63,051 bases of DNA from Saprospiraceae bacterium (GCA_020629935.1 JAHDCJ010000012.1:1-63051), one strand, 5' to 3'. Positions 41,793 through 52,740 are shown, counted from the first letter of the stretch. Numbers and translations: made by a program. Notes: a model not told the origin generated them from the sequence alone.

Positions 41793-42368
41793 ATGACAGA
41801 TCAAATAAAAAAATTAAATCGATGGGCTTGGTTTTTTTCCATCGTTGTACCAGGACTGGTTTTAATTTTATTAACACCAGATTTAGTTCCAAAATTGGAC
41901 TTGCCATTTAGTCCTTATTTATTACCAAAGTTTCACGCTTCAGTCAATGCATTGACCGTGATCGTGCTGCTTATAGCTGTATATTTTGTAAAAAAAGGAA
42001 AAATAGAACAGCATCAAAAAACGATATACGTTGCCATTTTTCTATCCATTTTATTTCTCATTTCTTATGTGCTTTATCATTGGTCTGCTGATCCTACTAA
42101 ATTTGGGGATTTAGATCATAATGATATTGTAGATGAGGCAGAAAAACTTGCTGCGGGAAGTCTTCGTATGGTCTATTATTTTTTTCTAATTAGTCATATT
42201 TTATTATCGGCGATTGTTATTCCTTTTGTCTTATTTACCTTTGTACGTGGATATACCAATCAAATAGAAAAACATAAGAAATTAGCTCGTTTTGCTTTTC
42301 CCCTTTGGTTGTATGTAGCCGCTTCAGGAGTAATTACCTATTTATTGTTATCTCCATATTATCCTTAA
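41793..42368 (+). CDS. DUF420 membrane protein (cox-cluster associated)
   Basis: 191 aa with 4 TM helices. The LPKFHASVNALTVIVLLIAVYFVKKGKIEQHQK and YVLYH pattern is typical of DUF420. Confidence 0.8.
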   Translation: MTDQIKKLNRWAWFFSIVVPGLVLILLTPDLVPKLDLPFSPYLLPKFHASVNALTVIVLLIAVYFVKKGKIEQHQKTIYVAIFLSILFLISYVLYHWSADPTKFGDLDHNDIVDEAEKLAAGSLRMVYYFFLISHILLSAIVIPFVLFTFVRGYTNQIEKHKKLARFAFPLWLYVAASGVITYLLLSPYYP

Positions 42369-42398
42369 TATTTTGTATCTTTACGTAGATTTTATATT

Positions 42399-42656
42399 AT
42401 GAGCAGATTTACAAAAATATTTTTCATCGTTTTTCTATTGTCTTCTATGCTTTTTATCTTCTTTCCAGAAAGCCTAGAAGCCCAATGTCGAATGTGCGCT
42501 GCGGGAGCAGAAAGTAATTTGAAAAATGGAGGCACAGAAGGCTTAGGATTGAATAAAGGAATCTTATATCTTTTAGCAATGCCTTATTTAGTTGGGTCAA
42601 CCATTGGCATTCTTTGGTGGAGAAATCGTAAAAAGCAAAATTTAAATACGGTTTAG
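42399..42656 (+). CDS. Small exported or membrane protein, function unknown
   Basis: 85 aa with a signal-like N-terminus, a CRMC pair and a C-terminal TM helix followed by basic residues. Confidence 0.45.
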   Translation: MSRFTKIFFIVFLLSSMLFIFFPESLEAQCRMCAAGAESNLKNGGTEGLGLNKGILYLLAMPYLVGSTIGILWWRNRKKQNLNTV

Positions 42657-42706
42657 TAAAGTACTAAATCTATATTATCAACTGATTATACTACCTTAAT
42701 AAAATT

Positions 42707-43183
42707 ATGGCATCCAACCGAAAGGAAGAAGATATAATAAAAGAAGTAATTCAAATTTTTTCAAATCATTTGGAGAAAAATGGATTGCGCAAAACACCTG
42801 AACGTTTTGCTATTTTAGAAGAAATCTATAGACGATCGGATCACTTTGATGCAGAGGCTTTATATATCCATATGAAAGTCCAAAATTATAGAGTAAGTCG
42901 TGCCACCGTATATAACACACTAGAGCTGTTGGTTACTTGTGATCTCGTTAAAAAACATCAATTTGGTAAAAATTTAGCGCAATACGAAAAGTCTTATGGC
43001 TTTAAACAACATGATCATGTGATCTGTGTAGATTGTGGTAAAGTAGTAGAATTTTGTGATCCTCGAGTACAACAAATTAAAAGTCTTGTGGGAGAAATTT
43101 TGAAATTTAAAATTACCCACCACTCCCTCAATTTATACGGAATTTGTGATGGAGCTTGTGATAAGAAAGAAGCCATAAGCTAA
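42707..43183 (+). CDS. Fur-family metalloregulator
   Basis: Winged-helix region LRKTPERFAILEEI...VSRATVYNTLELL, then HDHVICVDCGKVVEFC and a C-terminal CDGAC. Confidence 0.9.
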   Translation: MASNRKEEDIIKEVIQIFSNHLEKNGLRKTPERFAILEEIYRRSDHFDAEALYIHMKVQNYRVSRATVYNTLELLVTCDLVKKHQFGKNLAQYEKSYGFKQHDHVICVDCGKVVEFCDPRVQQIKSLVGEILKFKITHHSLNLYGICDGACDKKEAIS

Positions 43184-43201
43184 ACTAAAATTCAGGAATA
43201 T

Positions 43202-43564
43202 ATGTCCACTCCATTTGAATTTATCCTAGAAAATGAAACCTGTATTATCAAAGTAAATTCACTACTTAATGAGTTGGAAAATCGTAAGATTATACTCAAA
43301 GTAGAAGAACTTGTACTCGATGAATATATACAATATATTGTCGATCTAGAGGAATTAGAATTTCTAAATAGTTCTGGATTAAATCTTCTTTTAGGTATTC
43401 TCACTCGATCTAGAAATGAGGGCGGAGATACCTTTATTATCAATATTTCTGAACAAGCAGATAAATTATTGGTGGTTACTAAATTAAAAGAGGTTTTTAC
43501 CGTACTCGAAACTAAAGAAGCGGCGTTGAAATCATTTGAAGAAATGGCCAAAAAAGTAGAATAA
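43202..43564 (+). CDS. STAS-domain protein (anti-sigma-factor antagonist-like)
   Basis: 120 aa with LEFLNSSGLNLLLG, the STAS phospho-Ser region. The mirror ORF on the minus strand was rejected. Confidence 0.75.
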   Translation: MSTPFEFILENETCIIKVNSLLNELENRKIILKVEELVLDEYIQYIVDLEELEFLNSSGLNLLLGILTRSRNEGGDTFIINISEQADKLLVVTKLKEVFTVLETKEAALKSFEEMAKKVE

Positions 43565-43729
43565 TCTCTCCAATCCTTCCTTTAACTAAGACTTGAACCC
43601 CAACTTGTAAAAGTTTTACACATTTTTTCTATAAAATGTGGGAAAATAGCTAATTGAAATGTATTAGTTTACTTTTAATATTACGTACCTTTATTGAGGT
43701 TTTTTAATCTAAAAATAGTTAAATAGAAC

Positions 43730-45016
43730 ATGGCAATAGATGTAATTCTTGGCTTACAATGGGGTGATGAAGGTAAAGGTAAAATTGTTGATTACCTTGC
43801 TGGAAATTATGACATTGTTGCTCGTTTTCAAGGTGGACCCAATGCAGGTCATACCCTTAAGTTTGATGGTAAAAAATATGTGCTTCATACCGTTCCTTCT
43901 GGAATCTTTAGACCACAATTGATCAACCTTATCGGAAATGGAGTAGTTGTTAATCCGATTACCCTAGAACAAGAAATTGAAAACCTAATTAAGGCAGAAG
44001 TGGATTACCTTCCACGCCTACTCGTCTCTAGAAAGGCACATTTAATCTTACCAACACATTGTATGCTTGATGCTGCTTCCGAAGCATCTAAAGGCAATGC
44101 AAAAATTGGCTCAACCCTCAAAGGAATTGGTCCAACGTATATGGATAAAACAGGAAGAAATGGTTTGCGTGTTGGTGATCTAGAATCTCCAGATTTTATG
44201 GAAAAATATCAAGCGCTTAAAGAAAAACATCTTAAGATTGCTTCGATCTATCCAGCCATTGATTATGATCTAGAAGGAATAGAAAAACAATGGTTTGAAA
44301 GCCTTAAAACACTTCGATCTTTGCAGTTCGTTGATGGAGAATATTACATCAATCAAGCTATTAAAAAAGGTAAAAAAGTACTTGCTGAAGGAGCGCAAGG
44401 CTCTATGTTAGATATTGATTTTGGAACCTATCCTTTTGTTACTTCTTCGAATACAATTACTGCGGGTGTTTGTGTTGGACTTGGAGTCGCTCCGCAACTG
44501 ATTGGCGAAGTTATCGGGATTACAAAAGCTTATTGTACAAGGGTAGGAGCTGGCCCTTTTCCTTCCGAATTGTTTGACGATACAGGCAAAGAACTAGGAA
44601 GAATCGGACAAGAATTTGGAGCAACTACAGGACGCCCTCGTCGATGCGGTTGGATTGATTTACCTGCATTGAAATATACCATCATGTTAAATGGAGTAAC
44701 GCAATTGGTCGTTACCAAAATTGATGTAATGAATACCTTCAATGAAATTAAAGTGGCTACCGCTTATGGTATTGATGGTAAGGAAACGGATACGCTTCCT
44801 TATGATATCAATGATAAAAAAATTGAACCTATCTACCGAAGTTATTCAGGTTGGGAATGTGATTTAGATGACGTGGTGACTTATGAAGCTTTACCTAGTA
44901 ATTTAAAAGACTATGTAAAAAGTCTTGAAGGAATTTTAGAAGTTCCGGTGTCTATGATTTCGACAGGACCAGAACGTAAAAAATTGATTGTTAAAGAAGC
45001 GGCCGTTGAGGTCTAA
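43730..45016 (+). CDS. purA: Adenylosuccinate synthase
   Basis: N-terminus VILGLQWGDEGKGKIVD, with GPNAGHT and TTGRPRRCGWIDL. Confidence 0.97.
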   Translation: MAIDVILGLQWGDEGKGKIVDYLAGNYDIVARFQGGPNAGHTLKFDGKKYVLHTVPSGIFRPQLINLIGNGVVVNPITLEQEIENLIKAEVDYLPRLLVSRKAHLILPTHCMLDAASEASKGNAKIGSTLKGIGPTYMDKTGRNGLRVGDLESPDFMEKYQALKEKHLKIASIYPAIDYDLEGIEKQWFESLKTLRSLQFVDGEYYINQAIKKGKKVLAEGAQGSMLDIDFGTYPFVTSSNTITAGVCVGLGVAPQLIGEVIGITKAYCTRVGAGPFPSELFDDTGKELGRIGQEFGATTGRPRRCGWIDLPALKYTIMLNGVTQLVVTKIDVMNTFNEIKVATAYGIDGKETDTLPYDINDKKIEPIYRSYSGWECDLDDVVTYEALPSNLKDYVKSLEGILEVPVSMISTGPERKKLIVKEAAVEV

Positions 45017-45046
45017 TTTCTTTTTTTTAATAAAAAAGGGGAAAGT

Positions 45047-46360
45047 ATGAATACGCATAATGTGGCTTCCTTTCCCCTTTTTTCATCTCGTGATTTTAAG
45101 CAGAAAACCCTGCAATGGGCAGCAGATTTTCCTGAAATTTGTCTCTTAGATCACAATCATTATCCGCTGTATCCACAAGGGACTTTTCGCAATTTATTAG
45201 CCTTAGGAAATGGCAATAATAATATTCAACCTCAGAGCAATTCCTTTGATGCACTCAAGCAATTTGTAAACCAATCAAAAGACTGGATTTTTGGTCATAT
45301 TAATTATGATGTAAAAAATGAAATAGAAAATCTACAATCCAATAATTTTGATGGACTGGGATTTGCGAATATGCATTTTTTTATTCCTGAAATTCTATTC
45401 GATTTTTATCCAGGTTATGTAATTATTTATTCCAAAGAATCTAATCCTCATCACATTTTTAAGGCTATTTTAAAAGAACAAATTGAAGAAAACACAGTGG
45501 ATAAGGTACGTCATTTTTTTCCTCGAATGAAAAAAAAGAAATACCTAGAAAATGTGGCTTCTATTCAGGAGCATATCTTGGAAGGGGATGTATATGAAAT
45601 GAATCTTTGTCAAGAATTTTATTCTACCCATAGTGAAATTGATCCTTTAGCAAGCTACCTCAAACTTAATGAAATTTCGCAAGCTCCTTTTTCTTCTTTT
45701 TATAAATTAAATGAAAATTATTTAATCTGTGCTAGCCCCGAACGATTTTTGAAAAAAGAAAAACAACATCTTTTCGCTCAGCCTATTAAAGGGACTGTAC
45801 AACGGGGTAAAAATCGAAAGGAAGATTTACATTGGAAAAAAGTTTTATTGAAAAGTGAAAAAGATCGAGCAGAACATGTAATGATCGTTGATTTAATGCG
45901 AAACGATTTATCCAAGTCATGTAAAGCTGGTTCGGTACAAGTGGAAGAACTTTTTGGAATATATGGTTTTGAACAAGTGTATCAAATGATATCAACGATA
46001 ACTGGCGAACTCAATGAATCCGTACATTGTGTAGACGCCATTAAATCTGCTTTCCCAATGGGATCAATGACTGGGGCTCCTAAGGTCATGAGTATGGAGT
46101 TGATTGAACAATATGAATGTAGCAAACGAGGCTTATATTCAGGGACTGTAGGCTATATTAGCCCGAATCGAGATTTTGATTTTAATGTAGTTATTCGTTC
46201 TATTCTTTATAATCAAAAAAGAAAATATTTATCTTTTCAAGTAGGTGGTGCTATTGTATATGATTCTGTTCCTGAAAAAGAATATGAGGAATGTTTACTT
46301 AAAGCCAAAGGAATATTAAAAGCACTTCATGGAGAAATTGTAGAAGACATGGCTAAATAG
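45047..46360 (+). CDS. pabB: Aminodeoxychorismate synthase component I (anthranilate synthase component I family)
   Basis: Chorismate-binding motifs SPERFL, IKGT..RG, DRAEHVMIVDLMRNDL, PMGSMTGAPK and GGAIVYDS. Confidence 0.85.
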   Translation: MNTHNVASFPLFSSRDFKQKTLQWAADFPEICLLDHNHYPLYPQGTFRNLLALGNGNNNIQPQSNSFDALKQFVNQSKDWIFGHINYDVKNEIENLQSNNFDGLGFANMHFFIPEILFDFYPGYVIIYSKESNPHHIFKAILKEQIEENTVDKVRHFFPRMKKKKYLENVASIQEHILEGDVYEMNLCQEFYSTHSEIDPLASYLKLNEISQAPFSSFYKLNENYLICASPERFLKKEKQHLFAQPIKGTVQRGKNRKEDLHWKKVLLKSEKDRAEHVMIVDLMRNDLSKSCKAGSVQVEELFGIYGFEQVYQMISTITGELNESVHCVDAIKSAFPMGSMTGAPKVMSMELIEQYECSKRGLYSGTVGYISPNRDFDFNVVIRSILYNQKRKYLSFQVGGAIVYDSVPEKEYEECLLKAKGILKALHGEIVEDMAK

Positions 46361-46544
46361 CATTTGGTATAAAAGGAATAGAATTTATAATTTAGTATGC
46401 TTGGTTATACGTAAATAATGCCATATTTAAACTATTATTAAAATTCAAGGTTTAATTTCTTGAATGTATTAAGTACGAAGAAATTAAATTGCGTATGGTT
46501 TTTGTGGCTGTTATTTTGTAAATTTATCAAACAAATAAGAAATA

Positions 46545-47363
46545 ATGACAATAACAAATTCTTTGAAACTGAAAATATTAGTACTTCTTTGCCTTTTTAT
46601 TGGCTTAGATAGTCTTTCTGCTCAAGAGGAAGAGGTCGTTGTTACACCCAAAAAAGTAAAGATAAAGAATTCAGATTCAGAAGAATTAAGTAAGGAAATT
46701 TCATTTGATGTCAAAGTACATACCAGTGGATTTGGTTTTGCCTTTAATTATGGATTAATTCGTTCGGCGAAGAAAACCGATATGTTTACTGTGGGTATTG
46801 TAACGATGAAACACCCAAGAGAAATTAAACAAAGTTTTGATGTTTTTCCTGGGCCTTTATCCAATTCTCCTAAAGCATTTATTTATGGAAAACAAAATAG
46901 CTTTTATGGAATGCATTTTGGATATGGAGGGAAAAGGTATTTTTCGCAGAAAGCAAAACGAAGAGGAGTTGCTGTAGGATATAATTTTTCTGGAGGGCCA
47001 GCCATTGGTTTTGTAAAACCGTATCATCTTGATCTAATCCGCTTTACAGAAGATATGAATGATTTTGAAATTGTTTCAGAACCATATACTGAAGAAAATG
47101 CAAATTTGTTTTTAAATATTGGAACAATTTACGGCGCCTCTGGTTTTATATATGGATTTGGAAAGATGAAATTTGCTTTTGGAGCGCATGCTAAATCTGG
47201 CCTTCATTTTGACTGGGGAGTATATAATAATTTTGTAAAAGCGCTTGATGTGGGAATAATGATTGAAGGATACCATAGAAAAATCCCCATTATGTTGACA
47301 GAAGATAATAAATTTCTTTTCGTAAATCTGTACCTTACCTTACAATTAGGAAAGCGTTCGTAA
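46545..47363 (+). CDS. Hypothetical exported protein, possibly an outer-membrane beta-barrel
   Basis: 272 aa with a signal peptide (LSAQEE) and a G/F/Y-rich alternating pattern. Confidence 0.5.
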   Translation: MTITNSLKLKILVLLCLFIGLDSLSAQEEEVVVTPKKVKIKNSDSEELSKEISFDVKVHTSGFGFAFNYGLIRSAKKTDMFTVGIVTMKHPREIKQSFDVFPGPLSNSPKAFIYGKQNSFYGMHFGYGGKRYFSQKAKRRGVAVGYNFSGGPAIGFVKPYHLDLIRFTEDMNDFEIVSEPYTEENANLFLNIGTIYGASGFIYGFGKMKFAFGAHAKSGLHFDWGVYNNFVKALDVGIMIEGYHRKIPIMLTEDNKFLFVNLYLTLQLGKRS

Positions 47364-47384
47364 CCGCCTTAAATAGAATAAGAG

Positions 47385-48257
47385 ATGTTTGACTTACCAA
47401 TAATAGAATCAAAAGAACCACGTAGGAAAAAGCCAGATTGGTTACGTGTTAAATTACCCATTGGCGAGAAATACCGAAAAGTAAGGAGTCTTGTCGAAGA
47501 ATATAAATTACATACCATTTGTCAATCAGGACATTGTCCGAATATGGGAGAATGTTGGGGAGCAGGAACTGCCACTTTTATGATTCTTGGTAATACGTGT
47601 ACCCGATCTTGTTCTTTTTGTGCCGTGAAAACAGGACGCCCTTCTGAATTTGATGAAGAAGAACCAAAGCGAGTAGGGGAGGCCATTCATCTAATGGGGG
47701 TAAAACATGCCGTCATTACTTCTGTAAATCGAGATGAACTTAAAGATCGAGGAGCATCTATCTGGCATGAAACAGTTAAAGAGGTCAAGCGATTAAGTCC
47801 ACAAACTACCATAGAAACATTAATCCCAGATGTCCGAGGAAACTGGGAAGCATTAGAAGTTATGATTAATGCGGGACAAGAAGTGGTATCTCATAATATG
47901 GAAACGGTAAAACGACTGTATCGTAAAGTTAGACCACAAGCAAAATATGCACGAAGTTTAGAGCAAATCCAACGGACAAAAGATTTTGGAAAACGAACGA
48001 AATCTGGGATTATGGTTGGTTTAGGAGAAACTCAAGAAGAAGTATTTGAGATTATGGATGATTTGTTAGCACATGGTTGTGATGTACTAACGATTGGTCA
48101 ATATTTGCAACCCACTAAAATGCATTTAGAAGTTGCAGAATATGTGCATCCAGATATTTTTCAAAAATATAAGGAAGTAGGAATGGAAAAAGGCTTCGAT
48201 TTTGTTGAAAGTGCACCTTTAGTAAGGTCTTCCTACCATGCCGAACGTCATATCTAA
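47385..48257 (+). CDS. lipA: Lipoyl synthase
   Basis: Auxiliary cluster [12 protein letters not shown] and radical-SAM motif [10 protein letters not shown]. Confidence 0.97.
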   Translation: MFDLPIIESKEPRRKKPDWLRVKLPIGEKYRKVRSLVEEYKLHTICQSGHCPNMGECWGAGTATFMILGNTCTRSCSFCAVKTGRPSEFDEEEPKRVGEAIHLMGVKHAVITSVNRDELKDRGASIWHETVKEVKRLSPQTTIETLIPDVRGNWEALEVMINAGQEVVSHNMETVKRLYRKVRPQAKYARSLEQIQRTKDFGKRTKSGIMVGLGETQEEVFEIMDDLLAHGCDVLTIGQYLQPTKMHLEVAEYVHPDIFQKYKEVGMEKGFDFVESAPLVRSSYHAERHI

Positions 48258-48289
48258 GATATGTTGCTTTAAGATGATTTCAAGTAGAT

Positions 48290-48730
48290 TTAGCTTAGGT
48301 CGATGGCTAGGCCAAAGATTCGAATGATATGGTTTTCCTTATCTCTTTCAGGTCTAAAACTTACTTTGTAAGTAACCTCTGGACTCAATTGAAAGTGCGT
48401 TTGAAATTCGTCGCCTTGAAAAGCTTTGTTTAATATAGAAACGGCTTCTTCATTTTGTTTCGCTAATTCAAAAACAGACTTTCCTAATAAATTAACAGGT
48501 CGTTCATTAAAACGTTCTAATCCTGCACCAACGATATATTCTACCGTTTGGGTTTCATAATTTAATGAAAAAAATAAGATAGATTGCTCTTGATAAAAAA
48601 GTTGAAGCATTTCATCTTTGGCTTGAATTTGAACATTCAAGATGTAGTTTTCGTGTTCCAATCGAGCCATTCGCTCGAGCGATTCGGTAAATCCGTCTGA
48701 GAAACCGTTCATGTTTCCTTTATTCAGCAT
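48290..48730 (-). CDS. Hypothetical protein, possibly a PAS-like fold
   Basis: 146-aa ORF downstream of tdk on the same strand. I recognised no family with confidence. Confidence 0.45.
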   Translation of the reverse strand: MLNKGNMNGFSDGFTESLERMARLEHENYILNVQIQAKDEMLQLFYQEQSILFFSLNYETQTVEYIVGAGLERFNERPVNLLGKSVFELAKQNEEAVSILNKAFQGDEFQTHFQLSPEVTYKVSFRPERDKENHIIRIFGLAIDLS

Positions 48731-48922
48731 AGTGTTTTAGAATTTTACAGTCAGTAGGTGCTCTAAGTAAATTGGGTGTAGGTTGATATTGGAATACCCT
48801 TTGACATGCTGCAATATTTAGAATAAAATTGATAGTTGAATTGAATAATGTTGGCTTTTGTGACGGGGTATAAGTGTTGAAATTGGTTAGTGGTAGTGTT
48901 TGGGATTCCTGTGTTTTATATG

Positions 48923-49558
48923 TTATGAAAACAAATCCTTATCTGTAGAAGTCGAATTTGTGTCGTTTTGTAAAGGCTTGAAATCTAGAATATTTCCCAT
49001 TTTATAACAGGTTCTACATCGAGGTTCATAACTTTCTTTCTCTCCTAATAGCACGGTATCTCCTTCTTGAATTAATCGATATGAATGGGTGGCTAGATTC
49101 CCACAATGTTGACAAATGGCATGGACTTTTGTGATATATTCTGCTACGGCTAATAAATCAGGAATTGGGCCAAATGGTTTCCCTCTAAAATCCATATCTA
49201 AACCTGCTGCAATAACTCGACAACCTCTTAACGCAAGTTCTTGGCATACTTCAGCCAAATCATTGTCAAAAAATTGAGCTTCATCTACACCAACTACATT
49301 CACTTCTTTGGTGAGTTCTAATAATTGACTCGAATGATCTATTGGAGTAGACTCTATATAATTTGAATCGTGAGAAACAATTTTGACGTCATCGTATCGA
49401 ACATCAATTTTAGGCTTAAATATTTCTACTTTTTGGTTGGCGATCTTTGCTCTTTTTAGTCGACGAATGAGTTCTTCTGTTTTACCAGAAAACATGGATC
49501 CGCAAATTACTTCTATCCAACCTGCGCGCTGAGCTTTAAAATGAGGTTCTAAAAACAT
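48923..49558 (-). CDS. tdk: Thymidine kinase
   Basis: P-loop [14 protein letters not shown], with [10 protein letters not shown] and the zinc-ribbon C..C...C..C (CQHCGN...CRTC). Confidence 0.95.
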   Translation of the reverse strand: MFLEPHFKAQRAGWIEVICGSMFSGKTEELIRRLKRAKIANQKVEIFKPKIDVRYDDVKIVSHDSNYIESTPIDHSSQLLELTKEVNVVGVDEAQFFDNDLAEVCQELALRGCRVIAAGLDMDFRGKPFGPIPDLLAVAEYITKVHAICQHCGNLATHSYRLIQEGDTVLLGEKESYEPRCRTCYKMGNILDFKPLQNDTNSTSTDKDLFS

Positions 49559-49784
49559 AAAGAATTAAAAATTCAAATGGTATAATGGCCAAAGGTAATC
49601 AAAAGACATAGATTCTTTTATCTTCAAATTATAATTTTATCCACATTTTGTACGTTTAAGTTGTTTAAAATATTCAGTATAAATCAATCATATCGTTCTT
49701 TAAATCGAATACAGTTTTTTAACTTAGCTAATTATTTAGAATTTACTCATTTAGTATATCTTTGATTTCAAATATTTCATATTT

Positions 49785-50594
49785 ATGAAAACCAAAAAAA
49801 TTGAATTAACACTTAGGAAACTAAATAAATTGTTTGATACCGTGAAGTCCCAAAATGGAAAACTAGAAGGTATGGAACGAGACCTTATGTTAGGATATCT
49901 TCGTGAAATTTATGATGACGTCTTATTTGAAGAAGAAAAGACTCCTGAAATAAAAGAAACAAGCTATTCTGAAGAAGCAATGAAAGAAGCTATTGAAAAA
50001 GCAAAACAAGAAGCAAGAGTCAAAGCAACCTTAGAATTAAAAGCTAAGGAAAATGAAATACGTGCTTTGGCAGAACGAGAAGCGGAAAGGAAATTGCAAG
50101 CGAAATTAGCTGATGATCGACGTAAAGTATTGGAAAAAGAACGAGAAGCCTTAGAAGCTAAAATGGCTGCTCCAGTATTAGAAGATCCTCCAGTAATGGA
50201 AACAAAAGCACCTACTGTTGAATTTGTTCCTCCACAACCTGTTAAACCAGCACCGCAACCTGCACAAAAAGTAAAAGTCTTTGATGAAGATATCGAAGCA
50301 TTATTTGAGAAATCTCAATCCAATGAATTGTCGCAGAAATTAAGTTCAAGTCCTTTAGTTAATATCAAACGAGCAATTTCTATTAATGATAAATTGCTTT
50401 ACATCAATGAATTGTTTAATAAAAATACGGCAATGTTTGATGAAGTACTCACTAAATTGAATAATCTAAACAATTTAGATGAAGCCAAAGCTTATCTTGT
50501 AGAACACGTCATTCAAGTTAATAATTGGACAAGTAATAGTCGAAAAGAACGTGCTCAAAAATTTATTGAATTAGTTAGAAGACGGTATTTATAA
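49785..50594 (+). CDS. Hypothetical protein with a coiled-coil and a Pro-rich central segment
   Basis: 269-aa ORF with a TATCTTTG -7-like box about 20 nt upstream, at 49759-49766. Confidence 0.5.
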   Translation: MKTKKIELTLRKLNKLFDTVKSQNGKLEGMERDLMLGYLREIYDDVLFEEEKTPEIKETSYSEEAMKEAIEKAKQEARVKATLELKAKENEIRALAEREAERKLQAKLADDRRKVLEKEREALEAKMAAPVLEDPPVMETKAPTVEFVPPQPVKPAPQPAQKVKVFDEDIEALFEKSQSNELSQKLSSSPLVNIKRAISINDKLLYINELFNKNTAMFDEVLTKLNNLNNLDEAKAYLVEHVIQVNNWTSNSRKERAQKFIELVRRRYL

Positions 50595-50604
50595 TCCATA
50601 ACCA

Positions 50605-51573
50605 ATGAAAAAAATTGCAGTATTTACATCTGGAGGGGATAGCCCTGGTATGAACGCTTGCATTCGTGCAATAACAAGAACAGCCATTTATCATGGGGTA
50701 GAGGTGGTCGGTATTTATCGAGGTTATGAAGGGATGATCGATGGGGATTTTACTAACTTGGCTTCTCATGATGTGAGTAATATCATTCAAAAAGGAGGTA
50801 CTATCTTAAAGTCTGCTCGTAGTGCTCGATTTATGACAAAAGAAGGAAGAGCCATCGCCTATAATCAATTAAAACAAGCTGGAATTGAAGGCGTAGTAGC
50901 CATTGGAGGAAACGGGACTTTTACTGGAGCAAAGGTTTTTATGGAAGAATTTGACATCCCATTTGTCGGTGTTCCAGGAACCATTGACAACGATCTTGCA
51001 GGTACGGATATTACCTTAGGTTATGATACAGCAATAAATACAGCAATGGAAGCCATTGATAAAATTAAAGATACCGCACACGCCCATAATCGGTTGTTTT
51101 TTGTGGAAGTGATGGGAAGAGATGTAGGATTTATTGCTGTTGCTACTGGAATCGCTACGGGGGCAGAAGCCGTTTTGATTCCAGAAACTAAAACAGATAT
51201 TGCAGCTTTAGCGAAGGCCCTTCGGAAAAATTTAAGAAATAAAAAAACCTCTAGTATTATTGTAGTCGCAGAAGGTGATGACGAAGGAGGCGCTTTACTC
51301 ATTGCCAAAAAAGTCCAAGCACTTTTTGATGGATATGAAACAAGAACGACTATCTTAGGTCATGTCCAACGTGGAGGAAATCCTTCTTGTGCCGATCGGG
51401 TATTAGCCAGTCGACTTGGACTAGCAGCCGTGGAAGAATTGCTTAAAGGAAAAGGGGGAGTCATGGTCGGGCAAATTCATAGAGATATTGTTCCTACTTC
51501 CTTTAGTACCGCTATTAAGCATGAGAACAAAATGGATACTGGATTATTAAACATTGTTGAAATTCTTTCTTAA
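50605..51573 (+). CDS. pfkA: ATP-dependent 6-phosphofructokinase
   Basis: Motifs TSGGDSPGMNA, IGGNGTF, PGTIDNDL, MGR and HVQRGG. Confidence 0.95.
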   Translation: MKKIAVFTSGGDSPGMNACIRAITRTAIYHGVEVVGIYRGYEGMIDGDFTNLASHDVSNIIQKGGTILKSARSARFMTKEGRAIAYNQLKQAGIEGVVAIGGNGTFTGAKVFMEEFDIPFVGVPGTIDNDLAGTDITLGYDTAINTAMEAIDKIKDTAHAHNRLFFVEVMGRDVGFIAVATGIATGAEAVLIPETKTDIAALAKALRKNLRNKKTSSIIVVAEGDDEGGALLIAKKVQALFDGYETRTTILGHVQRGGNPSCADRVLASRLGLAAVEELLKGKGGVMVGQIHRDIVPTSFSTAIKHENKMDTGLLNIVEILS

Positions 51574-51625
51574 AATATAGCCTATCCAATCAGCTGAAAT
51601 CATAGCATCATTTAGAGAAAAAAAA

Positions 51626-52579
51626 GTGCTCATTATTGGAGATATCATGCTTGATCACTACTTAATAGGAGAGGTAGATCGAATTTCTCCAGAAGCTCCA
51701 GTACCTATTGTAAAATTAGAAGATACCAAATATCGCTTAGGAGGAGCAGCTAATGTGGCGGCTAATATCAAAGCAATGGGAGGAAAGCCAATCATTTGTA
51801 CCGTAATTGGAAAAGATAAAGAAGGAAATAAATTGTTGGACTTACTAAAGGCAAATGATATATCTACAGAAGCGATTTATTCAAGTAAGGATCGAATAAC
51901 CACTTGTAAAACTAGGGTGTTGGCTAGAAACCAACATTTACTGCGTTTGGATCAAGAGCAAACGAATGATATCAATACCAAAGAAACCCAAAAACTGTTG
52001 AACTGGATTGATAAAATTATTGCCATTCAAAAACCAGATGTTATTGTTTTTCAAGATTATAATAAAGGGGTGCTCACCATCAATTTAATCCGAAAAGTTT
52101 TACTAGAATCCATTAAGAATGATATTCCCACTTTAGTCGATCCTAAGTATAGAAACTTCTTCGAGTATAAAGAAGTTACCCTCTTTAAGCCAAATTTAAA
52201 AGAAATCCTATCCGTCTTTCCTAAACAAAAAACTACAATTACGCCATTGAATTTGGTGAAATTGTCCCATGCATTAAAGGCTAAATTAAACAACAAAAAT
52301 ACCCTAATTACCCTTTCCGAAAATGGAGTCTTTTTCCACTCACTTAATGCCCATCAAATCATCCCAGCTAAAATTCGTGATATTGCTGATGTTTGTGGCG
52401 CAGGAGATACCGTAATTAGTGCAGCAGCAATGGGCTTAGCTTCGGGATGGAATATGTATGAAATTGCTCTTTTCTCTAATCTTGCAGGCGGACTAGTTTG
52501 TGAGGAAGTCGGTGTAGTACCTGTAAACTTTGAACGTCTACTCAGTGAATTTCAAGATGAAATGATGAAAACGCATTAA
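51626..52579 (+). CDS. rfaE1: D-glycero-beta-D-manno-heptose-7-phosphate kinase (RfaE domain I, PfkB family)
   Basis: VLIIGDIMLDHY...RISPEAPVPIV...LGGAANVAANI, with C-terminal DVCGAGDTV. The first canonical start in the ORF is GTG 51626. The frame stays open for 15 more codons upstream but has no ATG, GTG or TTG. Confidence 0.85.
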   Translation: MLIIGDIMLDHYLIGEVDRISPEAPVPIVKLEDTKYRLGGAANVAANIKAMGGKPIICTVIGKDKEGNKLLDLLKANDISTEAIYSSKDRITTCKTRVLARNQHLLRLDQEQTNDINTKETQKLLNWIDKIIAIQKPDVIVFQDYNKGVLTINLIRKVLLESIKNDIPTLVDPKYRNFFEYKEVTLFKPNLKEILSVFPKQKTTITPLNLVKLSHALKAKLNNKNTLITLSENGVFFHSLNAHQIIPAKIRDIADVCGAGDTVISAAAMGLASGWNMYEIALFSNLAGGLVCEEVGVVPVNFERLLSEFQDEMMKTH

Positions 52580-52740
52580 ACGTATTATTGTTTTAGGGGT
52601 TTTTTAATTATTTTGTGTCTTGAAAATTGAGAAGGTTATCTTCTTGTCCTATCTATTCAAAGGTTTTCCCAAAAAAACACTATATGTAGGTATTCAATAC
52701 CCTACATTAAATTGAATATTTTTTACTTTAAATCTAACTT

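Noticed and set aside
43192-43551. 119-aa minus-strand ORF that almost exactly mirrors the 120-aa STAS gene.
   Set aside because: The plus-strand product has the STAS signature (LEFLNSSGLNLLLG) and sits in an operon-like position after the Fur gene. The mirror ORF is Ser/Ile-rich and has no recognisable motif.
43619-43640. An 8-bp inverted repeat, cacatttt-ttctat-aaaatgtg, between the STAS gene and purA.
   Set aside because: There is no adjacent T-run on either strand, so it is not a convincing terminator, and I could match it to no known operator consensus. It is too short to interpret.
51581-51625. A possible missing N-terminus of the heptose-7-phosphate kinase. The frame is open for 15 codons upstream of the GTG (PIQSAEIIASFREKK) and resembles N-termini of homologues.
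   Set aside because: That stretch contains no ATG, GTG or TTG, only ATC and ATA. Non-canonical initiation is possible, but this sequence alone does not support it. I kept GTG 51626.
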